A stretch of 32,000 nt of DNA from Gemmata obscuriglobus (GCF_008065095.1 NZ_CP042911.1:8310001-8342000), one strand, 5' to 3'; counted from the first letter of the stretch, positions 16,854-25,562 are shown. Notes: generated by a model not told the origin, from the letters alone. Translations and numbers: made by a program.

Positions 16854-19283
16854 ATGTCTTCATCTTCTGCTACTTTGACGGACGCCGGGCTGGACCCCGC
16901 CGAGATCGCGCGGCGCGTCGACGCCGTGTTCGCGGACCCGCTGTACTGGTTCCCGGTGCGGCACCACTCGCCCACCACCGCGCGCCACGTCCAGAGCGCG
17001 ATTGCCGCGCGCAGGCCGAAGGTGATCTTCATTGAGGGGCCGTTCGAGGCCAACGACCTCATCCCCTTCGTGACGGACCCGGCGACCGCGCCGCCGGTCG
17101 CGATCTACTCCTCGTACCGCGACGACGACAACGTGCTGGGGCTGAACGGCCACGTCAGCCCGGCGGCCGACATCCCGGCCCGGTTCGCGGTCTGGTACCC
17201 GCTCACGCCGTACTCGCCCGAGTACGTGGCGATGAAGACGGCGGCGACCGTCAAAGCGGCCGTGGTGTTTATCGACCTGCCGCACTACGCCCGCGTCGAG
17301 CGTCACGTGCCGGAGCCGCAGGGCCAGCAGCCGCCGCGCGAGGCGCCCAGCGTCGCGCCCGACGAGGACCGGCTCATCACGTCGAGCGGGTTCTACAAGC
17401 ATCTGGCCGAGGCCGCCGGGTTCAAGAGCTGGAGCGAGGCGTGGGACACGCTGTTCGAGAACCCCGAGGGGACCGATTACGAGGCGTTCCGCCGCGAGCT
17501 GGCGACGTTCTGCGCCGCCGCCCGCGCGACCGCGGACCACGCCGCCGAGCACGCCGAAGGCACCGTCGAGCGCGAGCGGCACTTCCTGAAAGTGATCGCC
17601 GACACGCTCGCCGCGCGCAAGCTGAAGCCCGCGGACGCGATGGTCGTCTGCGGGGGCTTCCATCTGTTCCTCGACCGTGACGACAAGGCCGCGCCGCCGC
17701 CGTGTCCGGAGGGGACCGTTTACACCACGGTCGTGCCGTACTCGTACTTCCGCATCTCCGAGCTGTCCGGGTACGGGGCCGGGAACCGGGCGCCGCAGTT
17801 CTACCAGACGTGCTACGACCTCACCGCCGCCGGGCGCGCGAGCGACATCGCGATGGAGCACGCCATCGCAGTGCTGCGGACGATGCGCAAGGGCGGCGAC
17901 CCGCTCTCCACCGCCGACGCGATCTCGGTCACGCACCACGCCGGGATGCTCGCGCGCCTGCGGGGCCGCGCCCACCCGACGCTCGACGACATCTCCGACG
18001 CGCTCGTCACGTGCTGCTGCAAGGGCAACCCGAACGAAGAGGGCCGGAAGCTCCGCGACGCGATGGACCAGGCCGGGATCGGCAACCGGATCGGCAAGGT
18101 CACGTCGAAGATCGGCCGGCTGCCGATCGTGAACGACTTCCACGCGCAGATCGCCGACCTCGAACTCGGCGAGGTGCTCGGCAAAGAAAAGAAGATGTCG
18201 GCGAAGCTCGACAAGCGCGACCCGCTCGCGGCGCGGCGGTCCGCGTTCCTGCACCGGGTGTCCTACCTGAAGGTGCCGTTCGCCGCGATCACCGGCACCG
18301 GCGGGGACTTCTCCGGAACGCTGTTCCGCGAGGAGTGGCACCTCAAGTGGGACCCGCGCACCGAGCCCGCGCTGATCGAGCAGAACCTGTACGGCGACAC
18401 GGTCGAGTCGGCGGCGCTGAACCGGCTCCGGGAGGCGCTCGCCGAGGCCGGGAGCAGCGCCGGCCAGACCTGCGCGCGGCTGCTCGAAGCGGTCGATATG
18501 GACATGCCGGACCTCGTGTCCGCCGCCGAGGACGCGTGCGGGCCGGCGGTCGATACGGACCCGTCGTTCGCGTCGCAGGCGACCGCGCTCCAGTACCTCG
18601 GCCGACTGGAACAGTACGCCGCGTTCCGCGGGCTGCGGCGCGACGTGATCGCGGAACTGCTGAACCGCTGCTTCGACCGCGCGTGCTTCGCGCTGCCCAA
18701 CGCCGCCAACGTGCCGGAAGAGGAGCAGCAGGGCGTCGTGGACGGCCTCATCGGGCTGGCCGAGGTCGTGCTGCGCGACGGCGTGCGGTACGACCGCACC
18801 CTGTTCGCACAGGCGGCGCAGAACGCCGCCGCGCAATCGACGGTCCCGTTCCTGCGCGGAGCGTTCCTGGGGCTGCTGTGCGAGATCCGGGTGATTGCGC
18901 CGGGCGTGCTCGCCGCCGAGGTGTCGAACCTGGCGCAGGCGTCCACGGAGGTGATGGTCACGGCGGGCGACCTGCTCGACGGGATGCTGGCGGTGTCGCG
19001 CACGTCGCTGATGCTCGGCGCCGACGCGCTGGTCACCGCAATCGACGACCTCTTGAAGGCCGCAGAATGGGACCCGTTCCTGGTGATGCTTCCGCGGCTC
19101 CGGGCGGCGATCGAGCGGCTGTCGAACCCGCAGAAGGACGCGCTCGCGGCGACCGTCGCGCGGCACTACGGGCTCGACGGCTCGACCGACCTGCGCGCCG
19201 TCAGCGGGAGCCTGGGCGCGACAGCACTGGTGGCCCGGCTTGATGCCGCGGTGGCCGCAACATTGCGGAACTGGCCGTTGTGA
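16854..19283 (+). CDS. DUF5682 (YehM-like) protein, 809 aa
   Basis: ATG at 16854. The N-terminal YWFPVRHHSPTTARHVQSAIAARRPKVIFIEGPFE matches my recollection of the DUF5682 signature (RHHxPxxA ... EGP). It sits between the AAA+ and VWA genes, as in yehLMP-type clusters. The antisense 810-aa ORF is rejected on composition. Confidence 0.8.
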   Translation: MSSSSATLTDAGLDPAEIARRVDAVFADPLYWFPVRHHSPTTARHVQSAIAARRPKVIFIEGPFEANDLIPFVTDPATAPPVAIYSSYRDDDNVLGLNGHVSPAADIPARFAVWYPLTPYSPEYVAMKTAATVKAAVVFIDLPHYARVERHVPEPQGQQPPREAPSVAPDEDRLITSSGFYKHLAEAAGFKSWSEAWDTLFENPEGTDYEAFRRELATFCAAARATADHAAEHAEGTVERERHFLKVIADTLAARKLKPADAMVVCGGFHLFLDRDDKAAPPPCPEGTVYTTVVPYSYFRISELSGYGAGNRAPQFYQTCYDLTAAGRASDIAMEHAIAVLRTMRKGGDPLSTADAISVTHHAGMLARLRGRAHPTLDDISDALVTCCCKGNPNEEGRKLRDAMDQAGIGNRIGKVTSKIGRLPIVNDFHAQIADLELGEVLGKEKKMSAKLDKRDPLAARRSAFLHRVSYLKVPFAAITGTGGDFSGTLFREEWHLKWDPRTEPALIEQNLYGDTVESAALNRLREALAEAGSSAGQTCARLLEAVDMDMPDLVSAAEDACGPAVDTDPSFASQATALQYLGRLEQYAAFRGLRRDVIAELLNRCFDRACFALPNAANVPEEEQQGVVDGLIGLAEVVLRDGVRYDRTLFAQAAQNAAAQSTVPFLRGAFLGLLCEIRVIAPGVLAAEVSNLAQASTEVMVTAGDLLDGMLAVSRTSLMLGADALVTAIDDLLKAAEWDPFLVMLPRLRAAIERLSNPQKDALAATVARHYGLDGSTDLRAVSGSLGATALVARLDAAVAATLRNWPL

Positions 19284-19293
19284 TGAAGACATG

Positions 19294-19398
19294 TTTCACC
19301 GCAGAGGGCACGAGAGGGCGCAGAGAGAAAGAAGGCTCGGCTTCATCACGCCGTTTCTCGTTTTCTCTCTGCGCCCTCTCGTGCCCTCTGCGGTGAAA
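19294..19398. repeat. Perfect 37-bp inverted repeat with a 31-nt loop in the DUF5682-VWA spacer
   Basis: I checked base by base that 19294-19330 pairs perfectly with 19362-19398. It starts 11 nt after the TGA at 19281-19283. The arms are built of GCAGAGRG-like units. Confidence 0.9.
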
Positions 19399-19434
19399 AT
19401 CGGCCTTTCGAGTGCGACCATTGGGAGCGCGAAC

Positions 19435-20616
19435 GTGACAACCGGTAACGAGAGCGACGCCGGTCCAGTACCGGCCGACCCGCACACCCTCGCGCGCTGG
19501 CGCCTGGTGCTCGGCAAGACCGCCGAGCAGCACGGCATCAACTGCGGGGGCGACGGCGACGCCGAGCGGGTGGAAGAGCTGGTCGGGTTCCTGTTCGAGC
19601 CCGGCGGTGATGGGAACGGTGGCGGCCGGGGCGGGCGCGGGCGTTCGGCGTCGCGCGCCGGCGGCAGCGGCGGCCCGCAGCTCACCGTCCCGGACTGGGT
19701 GGACGCGGTCAACGAGCTGTTCCCGAACCAGTCCAAAGAGGTGATGCAGCGGGAGCTGGTCAAGCGCCGCGGGATCGCGGAGCTGATGGAGAAGCCCGAG
19801 CTTCTGGAGAAGATCGAACCGAACCTAGAGCTGGTGAAAACGCTGCTCACCCACCGCGGGCTGTTGAACGAAAAGACCCGCGTACTGGCGCGCAAGATCA
19901 TCGAGCAGGTGGTCGAAGAGCTGAAGCGGAAGATGCAGGTTCAGGTCGAGCAGGCGATCACCGGCGCGATTCGTCGGGATCGGCACTCGCCGCGGAAGGT
20001 GTTCCGCAACCTGGACCTCAAGACCACGCTGCGCCGGAACCTCAAGAACTACAGCGCGGAGAAGGGCAAGCTGCTGGTCGATCAGGTGTACTTCTACGCC
20101 GCCGAGCGGAAGAAGAAGCCCTGGCACGTGATCGTGGTGGTGGACCAGTCCGGGTCGATGCTCGAGAGCGCGATCTTCTCCGCGGTGATGGCGAGCATCT
20201 TTGCCGAACTGCCGGCCGTGAAGACCTCGCTGGTGCTGTTCGACACCGAGGTGGTGGACCTGTCGGACCAGGTGGGGCAGCCGGTGGACGTGCTGCTCTC
20301 GATCCAGCTCGGCGGCGGCACCGACATCACGAAGGGGCTGATGTACGCGAACGAGCTGGTGCGCCAGCCGCAGCGTACCATCGTCGTTCTCATCACGGAC
20401 TTCTACGAGGGCCGACCGGAGGCCGATCTGGTCGCGCAAACGCGGCTGATGGCCGACGGCGGGGTGCGCATGATCGGCCTGGGCGCGCTCGGGTACGACG
20501 CCCGACCGTCGTACAACAAGGACACCGCCGGGAAGTGCCGCAAGGCCGGGATGGACATCCTGGTCTGCACGCCGGAGAAGCTCGCGGAGTGTATGGCACA
20601 AATCATCCGCGGCTGA
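19435..20616 (+). CDS. VWA domain protein, CoxE-like (YehP-like), 393 aa
   Basis: I place the start at GTG 19435, after the palindrome, because the ORF-track start at 19240 would translate the hairpin. N-terminal LARWRLVLGK is typical of CoxE-type VWA proteins. MIDAS motifs: VVVVDQSGSM (DxSxS), LGGGTDITKG and VVLITDFYEG. Confidence 0.85.
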   Translation: MTTGNESDAGPVPADPHTLARWRLVLGKTAEQHGINCGGDGDAERVEELVGFLFEPGGDGNGGGRGGRGRSASRAGGSGGPQLTVPDWVDAVNELFPNQSKEVMQRELVKRRGIAELMEKPELLEKIEPNLELVKTLLTHRGLLNEKTRVLARKIIEQVVEELKRKMQVQVEQAITGAIRRDRHSPRKVFRNLDLKTTLRRNLKNYSAEKGKLLVDQVYFYAAERKKKPWHVIVVVDQSGSMLESAIFSAVMASIFAELPAVKTSLVLFDTEVVDLSDQVGQPVDVLLSIQLGGGTDITKGLMYANELVRQPQRTIVVLITDFYEGRPEADLVAQTRLMADGGVRMIGLGALGYDARPSYNKDTAGKCRKAGMDILVCTPEKLAECMAQIIRG

Positions 20617-20693
20617 TCTTTCAAGTGTCGGAGTGGCGGGTATAGTCTCACGCCAGCCGCGGGCGCGCCGGACGCGTCCGTACCGAATCGGAG

Positions 20694-21644
20694 GTGCGCG
20701 TGCGCTCAGTCGCCATTCTCTTCGCCATTTCGCTCATCGCCGCCTGCCCGCCGCGGCGCGGGCGGGTTGTGTACGTCCCGCGGTGCCCGCAACCTGCGCC
20801 GGTGGTCATCAGTGACCCCGTCAGCCCGCCAGCGACCCAGGTGGAAGAGCCGGCGAAGCCCAAAACGGCCGAAAAGCCCGCGGAGCCCGTTGCCCCGCTG
20901 GTCGCGGAACACCTGAAGGCATGGGAAGAGAAGACCGCCGCACTGACGAACGTCCGGGCCGAGGTCGGGCTCACCCGCACCGACAACGTGAGCCAGAAGT
21001 CCACAGCCTACAGCGGGCAGGTGCTGTGCATGAAGCCCAACTGTGCCGTTCTGCGCCTCAATAATGCCGCGGACAAAACTGGCACCGACTACGAGGCGTA
21101 CATCTGCAACGAGACGGCGGCGTATTGGTACAGCGGGCTCGCAAAGACGGTGACCGAGTTCAGGCGCCCCCCTGCTGATCAGGCGGCAGACGCGGTGCCG
21201 GATGATAACCCCGTCCGTCGGTGGTGGCGGTCACGCCTGCACGAACCGGCTCAGCTCCTCCAGCGCATTCCGCTGCAGTTCTTTACGCGCGTCAAGGCGA
21301 GTGAGCTGCAAGAGCGACTCGACATCTCCGTCTACAAGACCGACGAGAATTACATCTACCTGGACATCAAGCCGCGGCTCGGCAAGGACCAGCACGAGTT
21401 CAAGCACCTACGATTGGCCCTGTACGGCACGGGACCGGCTACCGCAAAGGTCGCCTACCTGCCGGCCCAGGTGTATGTGCTCAAGCCGAACGACGACACG
21501 GAAGTGTGGAAGTTCACAAACCCCCAGGTGGATCTTCCGGGCGTGGAGCCGAAGCACTTCCAGTACGTCGAGATCAAAGAGGAAGGGTGGAAGCTCTTCA
21601 AAGCCGATGGAAGTACGAGTGAGACCGAGGAGCCGAAACCGTAG
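20694..21644 (+). CDS. Lipoprotein with a LolA-like / TIGR03009-type planctomycete domain (tentative)
   Basis: GTG at 20694 or 20700, the latter 6 nt after GGAGG. Signal peptide and lipobox VAILFAISLIAAC, then a Pro/Lys/Glu-rich linker. The segment HLKAWEEKTAALTNVRAEVGLTRTDNV...YSGQVLCMKPNCAVLRL...YEAYICNETAAYWY resembles the planctomycete LolA-like family, from memory. Confidence 0.75.
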   Translation: MRVRSVAILFAISLIAACPPRRGRVVYVPRCPQPAPVVISDPVSPPATQVEEPAKPKTAEKPAEPVAPLVAEHLKAWEEKTAALTNVRAEVGLTRTDNVSQKSTAYSGQVLCMKPNCAVLRLNNAADKTGTDYEAYICNETAAYWYSGLAKTVTEFRRPPADQAADAVPDDNPVRRWWRSRLHEPAQLLQRIPLQFFTRVKASELQERLDISVYKTDENYIYLDIKPRLGKDQHEFKHLRLALYGTGPATAKVAYLPAQVYVLKPNDDTEVWKFTNPQVDLPGVEPKHFQYVEIKEEGWKLFKADGSTSETEEPKP

Positions 21645-21742
21645 TGGGTGTAGTGCCGCGGTCCGAGGGCGGGTGCCCTCGGGGCTACCGTGAGGGCGAA
21701 GGGCGCTCCAGGCTGTCGAGCGCGGCTCCGGTGAGGGTGGCG

Positions 21743-22648
21743 ATGCGGGTTCTCGACGCGGGCGCGAACGGGGCCGGGGCGGTGTGCTTCTCCCCGGATG
21801 GGCGAACCCTGGCCGTCGGCGACCGGGCGGTCGTTGTGTTCTCGCTGTTCGATGACCGACGCTTGCCGGTCCGGCTCCGGACCGGTGCGGTCCGCCAGCT
21901 CGCCTTTCACCCCCACCGGCCGCGGCTGTTCGCGCTCGCCGGTAACGACTTCCGGGTCGACGACATCGACGGCAGCGGCTTCCGCCCGCGGTTCCAGCGC
22001 CTAACTTACGCCGATCGGTTCGCGCTCGGCACCGACGGCGGTGCGGTGCTCAGCGGGCGGTTCGACCTGGAGCGGAACGGTTCCCGCCTGCGGCGGTATG
22101 CTGATGTCTCCAACGCGATCGATACGGACTGGCCGGCCGACCCGACCGGCGACGGGAACCTGCACTGGGGCCTGGCCTGGGTTCCCGGTACCGACCGCTT
22201 CGCGGTTGCGGAGTGGGAGGGCGAGTTTCCCGAATACCGCACCGCCGTGACCGTCCGCGCCGCGGCAACCGGCGGGGTGGTCGCGAAAACGGTGTGGGGC
22301 TCGTCGGCCTGCACCCTGGCGGCCGCGCCGGACGGGACGCTGATCGCGGCTGCGAAAGCGGTACTTGCGGCCTGGCCCGGGGGCGACCTCGCCCGCCCGC
22401 CGCGCACGATCGCCAACGACAGCCGGAAGCACTTTACGGGTATCGCGTTTCACCCGTCGGGCCGGTACCTCGCGGCTACCAGCAACGACGCCACCGTGAA
22501 GCTGTTCGACACCGCCGCCTGGGAGGTTACGCACACGTTCACTTGGGCCGTCGGGCGGATGCGGTCGGTCGCGTTCTCGCCCGACGGCGCGCTGGCGGCT
22601 GCGGGTAGCGACACCGGCAAGGTCGTGGTCTGGGACGTGGACCTCTGA
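21743..22648 (+). CDS. WD40 beta-propeller protein (paralog 1, about 301 aa)
   Basis: ATG at 21743 is preferred. The alternatives are GTG 21644, overlapping the preceding TAG, and GTG 21731. Repeated xFSPDGxxLA and FHP..R motifs. Ends SVAFSPDGALAAAGSDTGKVVVWDVDL. An 8-bp GC hairpin at 21663-21682 lies upstream of the preferred start. Confidence 0.8.
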   Translation: MRVLDAGANGAGAVCFSPDGRTLAVGDRAVVVFSLFDDRRLPVRLRTGAVRQLAFHPHRPRLFALAGNDFRVDDIDGSGFRPRFQRLTYADRFALGTDGGAVLSGRFDLERNGSRLRRYADVSNAIDTDWPADPTGDGNLHWGLAWVPGTDRFAVAEWEGEFPEYRTAVTVRAAATGGVVAKTVWGSSACTLAAAPDGTLIAAAKAVLAAWPGGDLARPPRTIANDSRKHFTGIAFHPSGRYLAATSNDATVKLFDTAAWEVTHTFTWAVGRMRSVAFSPDGALAAAGSDTGKVVVWDVDL

Positions 22649-22669
22649 CGTGGTACCGTTTAAATAACG

Positions 22670-23719
22670 ATGTTTACACTCAAATCCGATCTGGCGCCGG
22701 AGAGCGGTTCACGGAGACCGGCCCGGCTCGCGTTCTCGCCCGACGGTACCGCTCTGCTCGCGTCCGTCGGGGATCGCGTTCAAGTGTGGCCGCGGTGGCT
22801 CGACCGGACGCCGCGCCCGGTGGTCACGAATGAGGGCGCGCTGGAGCGGGTGGCGCTGAACCCCGACGGATCGCTCGTATACCTCTATCGGTCCGGGAAC
22901 AGCTTCACCGACGTACTCACCGTCGCCACCGGGACGACCAAGGGGGCGGGGCTACCTAAGGATGCCCCGTCGTGGGCGCATTTCGACGCGACCAACGGGT
23001 TCTTTTTGGTGTCCCACGGGCAGGGTTGGCTCACGCGGTACGACTACGCTCCGGAACTCAAGAAAAAGGTGCGCAAAGCGTGGGCGCTGGCGCGGTACTC
23101 CGAAGACACCGGCCGGCACCGCCGCCCGCTCGGGTCACACTACTGGTTCGGTGCGATTTGCGGTCCGGGCGGTGTCTTCGTGGCTCTGGAGTACAAGTTC
23201 GGTGGTGGCGAACCGTTTCACGGTCTCACCGTGCGTTCAGTGGCGGACGGTTCGGTTGTGTTTCACCGCGCGCTCAAGTCGAACGAAGCGAGCAAACTAC
23301 TCGGTAAGGCCGGCATGGCGCTCGCCGTCCACCCCACGGGCGGGTACATGGCATACCCGGACGGTCCTGACGTGCGACTGCGGGCGACGGCCGAGGGTGT
23401 GAAGGTGCGGGCGAAGGTTCCCGTTCTGAAGAAGCCCGAGGCAAAACAGGCCGCGGCGAAAGCCACCGCGAAAAAGGCCAGAAAGCCCAAGCCGCCGCCG
23501 GAGGTGACCGCAGTGGCGTTCAACCCCGCGGGCACGGTTCTGGCGGCGGCAAGCGAGAGCGGGGCCGTGACGCTTTACGACACGCAGTCGTGGAAGGCCG
23601 TCGGAGCGTTCGACTGGAAGATCGGGCCGTTGCGGGCCGTGTGTTTCAGCGCCGACGGAACCCGGGCGGCGGTGATGAGCGACGACGGAACCGTCATGGT
23701 GTGGGACGTGGATGTGTGA
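22670..23719 (+). CDS. WD40 beta-propeller protein (paralog 2, 349 aa) with a Lys/Ala-rich insert
   Basis: ATG at 22670. Motifs LAFSPDGTALLAS and VAFNPAGTVLAAASESGAVTLYD. Ends AVCFSADGTRAAVMSDDGTVMVWDVDV. Carries the insert KKPEAKQAAAKATAKKARKPKPPP. Confidence 0.85.
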   Translation: MFTLKSDLAPESGSRRPARLAFSPDGTALLASVGDRVQVWPRWLDRTPRPVVTNEGALERVALNPDGSLVYLYRSGNSFTDVLTVATGTTKGAGLPKDAPSWAHFDATNGFFLVSHGQGWLTRYDYAPELKKKVRKAWALARYSEDTGRHRRPLGSHYWFGAICGPGGVFVALEYKFGGGEPFHGLTVRSVADGSVVFHRALKSNEASKLLGKAGMALAVHPTGGYMAYPDGPDVRLRATAEGVKVRAKVPVLKKPEAKQAAAKATAKKARKPKPPPEVTAVAFNPAGTVLAAASESGAVTLYDTQSWKAVGAFDWKIGPLRAVCFSADGTRAAVMSDDGTVMVWDVDV

Positions 23720-23746
23720 CCCGAGGTCGGAACCGGAAGAGCCGTC

Positions 23747-24664
23747 GTGCGCATTATTCAGAGTTCCACCTCGCGCCCGCTGGACCGACTCACAATCGGC
23801 CCCGGCGGCTTGATTGTGGCGGCTTACAGTCAGTTCACTGCGGCTGGCGGCGCGGAAGCGTGGGACGCGAGCACCGGGGCACCCGTGTGGAGAATCGCGT
23901 TCGAACTGGATGCGTTTCGGTACTGCTCGTTTTTGCTCGGCGGTGCGTACCTCTTCGTCTCCAATTTCGAGTGCGATCGGCTGTTCGCACTGCCTCCGGG
24001 AAGAGAACCCGTTGAAGTGTCGCAAACGAAGGGGGGGAACGAAAATGCCGCTGCTGACGACCGGGTAATTGTGGCGCGGGGGGGAGTGGCCCCGGCCCTG
24101 TCGTGCTGGGGCGTGCCGGACATGAATGTCCGGTGGGTTCGCGACCGTGAGGACCGCTGGAACTCTGACACGTATTTTGGCTCGGTTGCTTTGGCTCCGA
24201 CTGGAAACCGGTTCGCACTTTCCGTTTACGAAGGGCTCGCGTACCCGAAGCAATCCGTTCAGGTTCGCGACGCCGCGGGCGGCGAACTCCGGGTGTCCGT
24301 TCCGATGGATTCGGCGAGCCCGGTTCGACAACTCGCGTTCACTGCCGACGGGGTGAAACTGCTGGTTCGTACCGATAGCCGCAAGGTTCAGATGTGCGAC
24401 GCGATCACCGGCGCTCCCGTGGGCGAGTTGGTTCACCCCGGACGGTCGTTTGTAACCGGTATCGCGGTTCACCCCGGCGGAACTGTCGCATGTACCCGAA
24501 ACGATGGCACGGTCACGCTTTGGGACACTGAGAAAGGCAAGCGGGCCCGCACCTACGACTGGAAGGTCGGGAAGCTCGTGTCGGTAGCGTTCTCGCCGGA
24601 CGGCGCGCTGGCCGCGGCCGGCACCGAGGACGGCAAGGTGATCGTTTGGGACGTTGACCTCTGA
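23747..24664 (+). CDS. WD40 beta-propeller protein (paralog 3, 305 aa)
   Basis: GTG at 23747. Contains GIAVHPGGTVACTRNDGTVTLWDTEKGK and ends SVAFSPDGALAAAGTEDGKVIVWDVDL. Confidence 0.8.
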   Translation: MRIIQSSTSRPLDRLTIGPGGLIVAAYSQFTAAGGAEAWDASTGAPVWRIAFELDAFRYCSFLLGGAYLFVSNFECDRLFALPPGREPVEVSQTKGGNENAAADDRVIVARGGVAPALSCWGVPDMNVRWVRDREDRWNSDTYFGSVALAPTGNRFALSVYEGLAYPKQSVQVRDAAGGELRVSVPMDSASPVRQLAFTADGVKLLVRTDSRKVQMCDAITGAPVGELVHPGRSFVTGIAVHPGGTVACTRNDGTVTLWDTEKGKRARTYDWKVGKLVSVAFSPDGALAAAGTEDGKVIVWDVDL

Positions 24665-24690
24665 CCGCCCGTCGCACATATCATGAGCGG

Positions 24691-25548
24691 ATGCTGATCT
24701 GGAAAGCGCACTCGCGGCCCATTGATGCGCTCGCGTTCACCCCCGACGGGCACGCGCTCGCGCTGAGCGGATACTACCTGGCGTGCAAGCTCATCGACCC
24801 GATTACCGGCGCGCGGCTCTGGACCGCAGAAACCAACTCGGCGGTCGGGCTGTCACTCGCGTTCGTTCCCGACGGCGTGTTGTGTCGGCAAGGCGGGCTG
24901 TCGGTGCTGGACCGGAACACCGGGGGCGAGATCCGACGGTTCGGCGACCGTTGCCAGTCGTTCGCGCCGGCCCCGGACGGGCGCGCCGTGTTCGTCGCCG
25001 GCACACGTAATGATCGTCTGGGTCGGTACGATCTCAGCACCGGAACCGCGGGCGCCGAAGTGGAACTCGCGTCCGGGGCCGTCAACCGGCTCGCGGCGTC
25101 GTCCGACGGGAAGTGGCTCGCCGCGGTCGGGTGCAAGCGGTTCTATTTACTGGCGGCCGACACCCTCGAAGAGCGAGCGAGCGAATCGCACCGGGCGCTG
25201 TCGAGCGGGTCGTTCGCGCTGGCCCTCAGCCCGGACGGGCGGTTTTTGGTTTACTCCGCCGGGCGCGAGATGTTCGTTCGCGAAGTGCCGGAGTGCCGCG
25301 AGATTGCTGGGGTGCAGTTGGCGGCGAAACCCTTCATGGACGCCGCGTTCAGTCCGGACGGACGGTCCCTCTTCACAGCCAGCAAAGAAGGCGCGGTGCG
25401 GGTGTACTCGACGACCTCGTGGGAGCTGGAGAAGTCGTTCGATTGGGGGATCGGCCCGTTGCGTGCGATCGCCGTTTCGCCGGACGGAACGCGGGCCGCG
25501 GCGGCCGGGGACGCCGGCCGCGTGGTCGTGTGGGATCTGGAAGTGTAA
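24691..25548 (+). CDS. WD40 beta-propeller protein (paralog 4, 285 aa)
   Basis: ATG at 24691 (MLIWKAHSRPIDALAFTPDGHALALSG). Contains AAFSPDGRSLFTASKEGAVRVYS and ends AIAVSPDGTRAAAAGDAGRVVVWDLEV. Confidence 0.85.
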   Translation: MLIWKAHSRPIDALAFTPDGHALALSGYYLACKLIDPITGARLWTAETNSAVGLSLAFVPDGVLCRQGGLSVLDRNTGGEIRRFGDRCQSFAPAPDGRAVFVAGTRNDRLGRYDLSTGTAGAEVELASGAVNRLAASSDGKWLAAVGCKRFYLLAADTLEERASESHRALSSGSFALALSPDGRFLVYSAGREMFVREVPECREIAGVQLAAKPFMDAAFSPDGRSLFTASKEGAVRVYSTTSWELEKSFDWGIGPLRAIAVSPDGTRAAAAGDAGRVVVWDLEV

Positions 25549-25562
25549 CCGCTCCTCCGGGA

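Noticed and set aside
5505-19398. The five large palindromes considered as a CRISPR-like or other regular array.
   Set aside because: All five have unrelated sequences and irregular spacing (kilobases apart). Each is an inverted repeat rather than a direct repeat, and no cas genes are present.
19240-19434. N-terminal extensions in the ORF track (19240 for the VWA gene; likewise 5066, 6207, 6538, 8567, 10763, 13870, 16842, 26306 and 28675).
   Set aside because: The extensions translate palindromic repeats or Arg/Pro-rich junk, or they overlap neighbouring genes. Internal starts give N-termini that match family expectations (for example [11 protein letters not shown] and MRVLAIGDVHG).
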